Shown here: positions 59,103-64,000 of the stretch, piece after piece
Layout of the letters: every line of letters begins with the position of its first letter
Numbering within the stretch: the first letter of the stretch is position 1
Assembly (NCBI GenBank): GCA_963817895.1
Contig: CAWFQB010000001.1
Coordinates: forward strand, 960,001-1,024,000
DNA: 64,000 nt
Origin: an uncultured Chthonomonadaceae bacterium
GTDB taxonomy: Bacteria > Armatimonadota > Chthonomonadetes > Chthonomonadales > Chthonomonadaceae
Reading direction: 5' to 3'
Notes under the pieces: model-generated
The model's input: the letters and a program-made list of their open reading frames with translations, nothing else
The model's database searches: none
What the model was told of the DNA's origin: nothing
Position numbers and translations under genes: made by a program

Positions 59103-61787
59103 TTACTCGATAGTGAAGGAATCGAAAATCTCTTCCGCAAGTTTTAGATTCATGGAATCCACATCGGAGGCGTCCTGCACAATGGCAATCGTAACAACAG
59201 TTCCCCGCTTGCTGCTTGACGCGCGGGCAATCTCTAGCGCGTCTAAACCGAGCGTTACATCTTTTACAGAAATGCGCGACTCAACCCATTCAACTCCTGC
59301 CTGGGAGAACGTTCTCTTCGCATCTAATGGACAAACCACTTGGACATTGTACAATCCCGCGTCCGTAGGACGCTTGGCGGAACGCCACTCAGACGGGTGT
59401 TTTCAACACTCGGAACCCCGCCATAGTACAATCTTTATCTGGTTTGTCCATAAGGTGGGCTTACTGTTGCCTTTTCCTTTGGTTATATTCCGCCAATCCA
59501 CCTGGGCTACCTTCAGGCGGGTTGCCGGCAAAGCAGAAACATCCGTTTGCTGCTTGAATGAAATCACCTGGATTGTCAACAAGTTGTCAGGAGAGCGAAA
59601 CCAGTAATCAACGGCATCGCTCTCAGGCTTCAACATTTGAAAGGTTGAAGGGGCTGTGAAATGGTAGGGCACAACCTTGCCGGAAAAGGGAATGTTTTCC
59701 GGTGGAACAATCGCTTGCGGAATTTGCGCCGCTGGAGCAGGAGGCTGCGAAGCCTCGTTCGACGGAGCAGCCCAATGCGAAACTGGATTCGTGGGAGCAA
59801 TTGCCTGCAATCCCTCACTGGACTGCACAGGTTGCTGCGCAGTCTGAGAGCCGAAAAGCGCATGTCCTACATGTTCGACAGCGGCAACCGGCGCAATAGC
59901 AACTCCCCAACCAACCACGATGGCAGCCATACTTGCCAGCGCGGTCCGCGCTCCCCAGGGCCAACGCGCTGCGAGTGGCTGTTCCTGCTTGCCTTCGTCT
60001 TTTCCCTGAAGAAAGGGCTGCAGCGTATAGGGCAGATCGGCGGCCTCGCCGGTCAGCGGCCACAGCACCGGACACTTGTATCTCACTTCCTGCACGATTG
60101 GATTCCAGTTCGCGTCAAAGTAGACGAAAGCGGGCGCTTCCAGAAAGGGAACCACGCGCGGCATTTGAGCAGGAAAAACGCTGTCCACCAGGCGGCAGAG
60201 TTCCTCATACCTTTCCGGCTCTTGCCAGTAGCCCACCAGGCACATCAGAACTTTGCAGGGTTCGACCAGGCTGCGGATTTGCTCCAGTTCCCACTTCACC
60301 CCCGGGGAAGTGCCGGGCTGCAGCACGACACACTGGCAGCGCTGAAGTTCGTCGCGAACCAGTGTCTGCCACTCATTGTGAGTCGTGGCGGACAGGTAGG
60401 CGCGGGCAGCTCCAGCTGTAGGCAGCAGTTCGCCGGGGCGTCCGATGGCCCTCACAGGACCGTAGGCCCTTAAATAATGGGCGATGGTCTCTTCGGAGGA
60501 GCCGGCGCCCAGCCCGATAACCATGCGTAACAAAGAAACAGGATGGGCAACGAGTACCATTTCGAGAATGGATACGCGCCCGGCATTGTCTTCACGCGCT
60601 ACCTGATTGCGCCGTATCTGGATTTTGTCGCGTACTCCCAGTAACAGCGACAATGCGCCTGACGGCTGGAGCGTCGTCATTGCGTCGTCATTGAAGGGGC
60701 GCAGGTAAAGGATTGGTTTACGGGCATCCTCGCCTTTCTGCGGATCGTAGCGTTGCTGGCACAGTCGGTATCCGGCGTAGATCATCAACGGGGACGGTAT
60801 CACGAGCAGTTGCCAGATATAGTGAATGGCCTGATAGTTGTTGCCGATTAGCGCTTCCATCGGCTTAAAGAGGAGGTCCTCTGCGCCACTGACGAGGAGT
60901 ATCCAATACACAACGCCCATAATCTTGAGCGTCCAGCCCAGCCCTTGTGAGTAGAAGGGGGGTTTTGGTTGTAAGCCTGTTTCCTGCGGCTTCCCGTCAG
61001 GAGCGGCTTCCGGGGAAAGAGAGGCAAGCTTTTTGAAAGTGGATTGCCCCGCGCTCAGGAAGTGCAATCCACCGAAAAGCAACGCGAGACTTAGCGCCGT
61101 GACGACAACCGCTGCCGGCGACTGTGTAGCTGCCGCAGTTGCTGCCGCAAACAAGAAAGTGATAAGACCGACTAAAATCATCAAGGCCGCGATGCATCCT
61201 CCTCCCCTGGGAGCATTAACGTAATAGCGATCCTCCATTACCTTGAACAGCATGGAGCGGACATCCTGAACCTGCGTGTTCGGGATGGAGAAGCGGAGGT
61301 CTTTGCCCTCTTTCTGGCGCAGAATGAACTCGATCATGTGCCTCTGAGAGCGGAGTTTTTTCTCGCTGACAGGCTTTTTTTCGCGCAGTCGCGTCACGTC
61401 AACGAAAGCGATGCCGCGCGGCTGACGCAAATGCCGCTTCAACTCCTCTTCCCCCGACTCCTGACACATCTTCTCGGTAAGTTCAACGCGCCGGGGCAGA
61501 TGGCCTTTGAGCAGATGGTCCTTGTAGATGGCAACCACTTCCGTGTGAAAAAGTCCCTGTTGAGATAGGTTCCGGTTTAATCTCAGAATCGGATAACGCG
61601 TCTGGCAAGCGTCAGAAGAGGATTTACCGGGCGCGGGCGTGACATTCGATGCCGCAGGCGCGTCAACGCCATTGCCTGTGGAACCCGGAAGCGTGGATTG
61701 TGGCGCGTCCGAAGGCGCGTTGCGGGTGTCGTCCGGCGCGGCAAATCGGTTGTCCGGGCGCTCTCCATCGGATTGTGTCTGGCTCAT
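59103..61787 (-). CDS. Multi-TM protein with LYLRPF/GAAR cytoplasmic domain; C-terminus interrupted by a MITE (TGA at 59403-59405)
   Basis: ORFs 59403..61787 and 59103..59354 share one frame; removing 126 bp joins them. Confidence 0.78.
59328..59450. mobile_element. 123-bp MITE with 11-bp TIRs, TAA target duplication and REP-like core
   Basis: TAA|TGGACAAACCA ... TGGTTTGTCCA|TAA. Confidence 0.85.
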
Positions 61788-62300
61788 CTGTTACTCCTCT
61801 GACTTCGATCCGCGTCTGCTGGAAGGCTTGCCTGATGCAGGCTTCGATCCCGCGAACATAAGCAACATAGCATTATGAATTCTATCTCGACAAATGCGCG
61901 CTGGAGTTCATGCGTAAATCAGTAATGTGATAAACCACACCGCTGTTGTTGCCAATCAACGAAAATCAAGAGACAGAAGTTCAAATTTTAATCTCTGACG
62001 AACAAACTACGTCAACATTGACTAATTTCATGTTTACAGAGCAATAGGCCGCATTTAGCCGCATTTTCATGATTTCGGTTAAATGCGCCAGGTCAATGTT
62101 TATCCGGCTTGTCCATGATTTTAGAAAATGCTGCACGTTCACGCAAGCCACAGGTGAAATGAACAAGGGAAGCGAACGATGCCTGGCGAAATGGTAATCA
62201 AGTGAAAAGTATTTAAGTGAAGAGTGAAAGCAAAGGCGCGTTCGCTCTTACTTCTCGACGCTCACTAAACAGATTGTGTAAAGGCGGTCAACCAGGCAGT

Positions 62301-64000
62301 ATGAGGGAAAACAAACAGCATCTATTTCGCTCGCAGCCGTACGATTCTCCCACGAGTCAGGCTGAATGGGAAGTCGCCGCCGCGCGACTTTTGGATGAGG
62401 GGCAGGCGTTCCTCGCCTTCGATCTGGCGCGCAACGGCTTGGCGCGTTACCCGGATAGCCTCCGCTTGAAGCAATCGGCGGCGCTGGCTATGATTTGGGT
62501 GGGCGCGCTGGAGGAGGCCTTGAAACTGCTGGAACCACTTTGCCCGCCCTTGCATCGAGACCCTCAACTGCTTCAAGAGGTCTACCATAGCCTGCAAAGC
62601 ATACTTCCGGCCCCGGCCCCGCCACTGAATAGCCCTGAAGATAATTTGCTGGAGCGGATGGATCATTTCGTCAACGCGCTTGAACGCATACTGGCTTCCG
62701 CGCAACGACAGGAGAAGCCGGACGAAGAAACGCTGGGGATGCTGGCGCGGATTTACAAAGATAAGTGGCGGCACTCCGGCGACAAAGAGATGGCGCGTCG
62801 TTCCCGTGATATGTACCATTACAGCTACCGGGCGACCGGAGGCTATTACACAGGGATTAATGCCGCGACCATGTCTCTTCTTATCGGAGATGTGGATCTG
62901 GCGCAGGCGTTGGCTCGCCAGGTCCTTGAACAGTGCCGCAAGGCGCAGGCTGAACAGAGAGACGATTACTGGCTTCTCGTTACCATGGGAGAAGCGGAAC
63001 TGCTCCTGGGAAACACCAACGAGGCGATTATGCTGTATCGCCAGGCAGCCCAGGTCGCCGGTTCGCGCCATGCCTTGATTATCTCGTCACGCCAGCAGCT
63101 CCTTCTGATGAAGGAACACGGGATCAAAGTGCCCCCGGCGTTACTGTGTATCCTTCTGCCGCCCTGCGTTGTGGTGTTTGTCGGACATATGATAGATGCG
63201 CCTGACCGCCCGATCCCGCGCTTTCCGGCGGAACTGGAGGGGCAGGTTGCGGCGCAGATTGCCGATAAACTTGCGGAGTTGGAGGCGCGTATCGGCTACT
63301 GCTCCGCCGCCTGCGGCTCGGATATTTTGTTTATTGAGGCCATGCTTGCGCGCGGGGCCGAAGTAAATGTCATTCTTCCCTTTGCCGAAGAGGATTTTAT
63401 ACACAAGAACGTGGCTTTTGCCGGCGAACGCTGGCTTATCCGTTACCGAAATGCGATCAAGCTGGCGCACTCTGTCTCCTTTGTTACCAAAGAGCCGTTT
63501 TTAGGCGACAACGCCCTGTTGGATTTTATGGCGCGCATCTTTCATGGCTATGCGGAATTGCGCGCCCACACGCTGCTGATTTCGCCGCGCCTGCTGGCGG
63601 TTTGGGATGGCGTACCGACCGAAATGGTGGGCAGAACGGCGGATTTCATCAGACGCTGGCCCTATAAGAACAAGCGCGAGATAATCCGTCTTGACAGCCT
63701 GACGCCCCCAGGCGCGCCGCGCAATGCCCCGCCTGCTTTCACCGGTAGGACTGGAGACAAGCCGCGCGCCCCGCAGGGCGCGCCCACTTATCCTGGGCAG
63801 CGTCGCATCTGCACGATGCTGTTCGCGGATGTGGTGGGTTACAGCAAACTCGAAGAGGCCTCCATTCCCGCGTTTCTGTACGAGTTCTGGATGACGGTCG
63901 CGGATCGCCTTACGCCGAAGCCGCTTTTTGTGAATACGTGGGGCGATGCGATCTTTGCGGTCATGGAAAAGGCGCAGGATATGATGGAGTACGCGCTTTC
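62301..64000 (+). CDS. TPR/DUF4071-like + SLOG-like + class III adenylate/guanylate cyclase (partial, runs off the window)
   Basis: Manual translation from ATG 62301: ETLGMLARIYKD, VFVGHMID..RFP, SAACGSDILF, LAVWDG, MLFADVVGYSKL, NTWGDA; absent from the ORF track because there is no stop in the window. Confidence 0.88.
   Translation, partial: MRENKQHLFRSQPYDSPTSQAEWEVAAARLLDEGQAFLAFDLARNGLARYPDSLRLKQSAALAMIWVGALEEALKLLEPLCPPLHRDPQLLQEVYHSLQSILPAPAPPLNSPEDNLLERMDHFVNALERILASAQRQEKPDEETLGMLARIYKDKWRHSGDKEMARRSRDMYHYSYRATGGYYTGINAATMSLLIGDVDLAQALARQVLEQCRKAQAEQRDDYWLLVTMGEAELLLGNTNEAIMLYRQAAQVAGSRHALIISSRQQLLLMKEHGIKVPPALLCILLPPCVVVFVGHMIDAPDRPIPRFPAELEGQVAAQIADKLAELEARIGYCSAACGSDILFIEAMLARGAEVNVILPFAEEDFIHKNVAFAGERWLIRYRNAIKLAHSVSFVTKEPFLGDNALLDFMARIFHGYAELRAHTLLISPRLLAVWDGVPTEMVGRTADFIRRWPYKNKREIIRLDSLTPPGAPRNAPPAFTGRTGDKPRAPQGAPTYPGQRRICTMLFADVVGYSKLEEASIPAFLYEFWMTVADRLTPKPLFVNTWGDAIFAVMEKAQDMMEYAL

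Noticed and set aside
59403..59405. In-frame TGA as selenocysteine or readthrough
   Set aside because: It lies within a TIR-bounded insertion, which explains it.
59349..59433. gtacaatc direct repeat as the target-site duplication
   Set aside because: The 77-bp spacing would not restore the frame; the TAA/TIR boundaries fit better.

Overview
GC-rich bacterial chromosomal segment, probably Armatimonadota. This is inferred from a DUF1559 prepilin-like gene with adjacent lipoprotein, a DUF1501 + PSCyt/DUF1549/DUF1553 module and Terrabacteria-style flagellar, mreBCD and ribosomal genes. Main loci: flgC-fliE-fliF-fliG-fliH; two TA-like gene pairs; rplU-rpmA; nirBD with a nearby GlnR-like regulator; an hpnB-like glycosyltransferase; a GT2 pseudogene; a dipeptide epimerase + DUF1611 pair; GH127-LamG; mreBCD; two tandem secreted S74-chaperone fibre genes; a CBS/CGL-type pair; two Tat aldo-keto reductases; a cyanophycin cluster (cphA, isoaspartyl peptidase, cphB); recX; and a TPR/SLOG adenylate cyclase that runs off the end. 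No rRNA, tRNA, CRISPR array or transposase was seen. The most striking unexplained structure is non-coding. First, a family of long hairpins built from 6-8-mer tandem units, with several different unit sequences, fills gene junctions from stop codon to RBS and sometimes enters coding sequence. Second, MITE-like shells carry REP-like palindromes, and one 123-bp element with 11-bp TIRs and a TAA duplication interrupts a gene in frame. Several genes have clustered indels that are probably assembly errors. All calls come from reading the sequence by eye; no searches were run.
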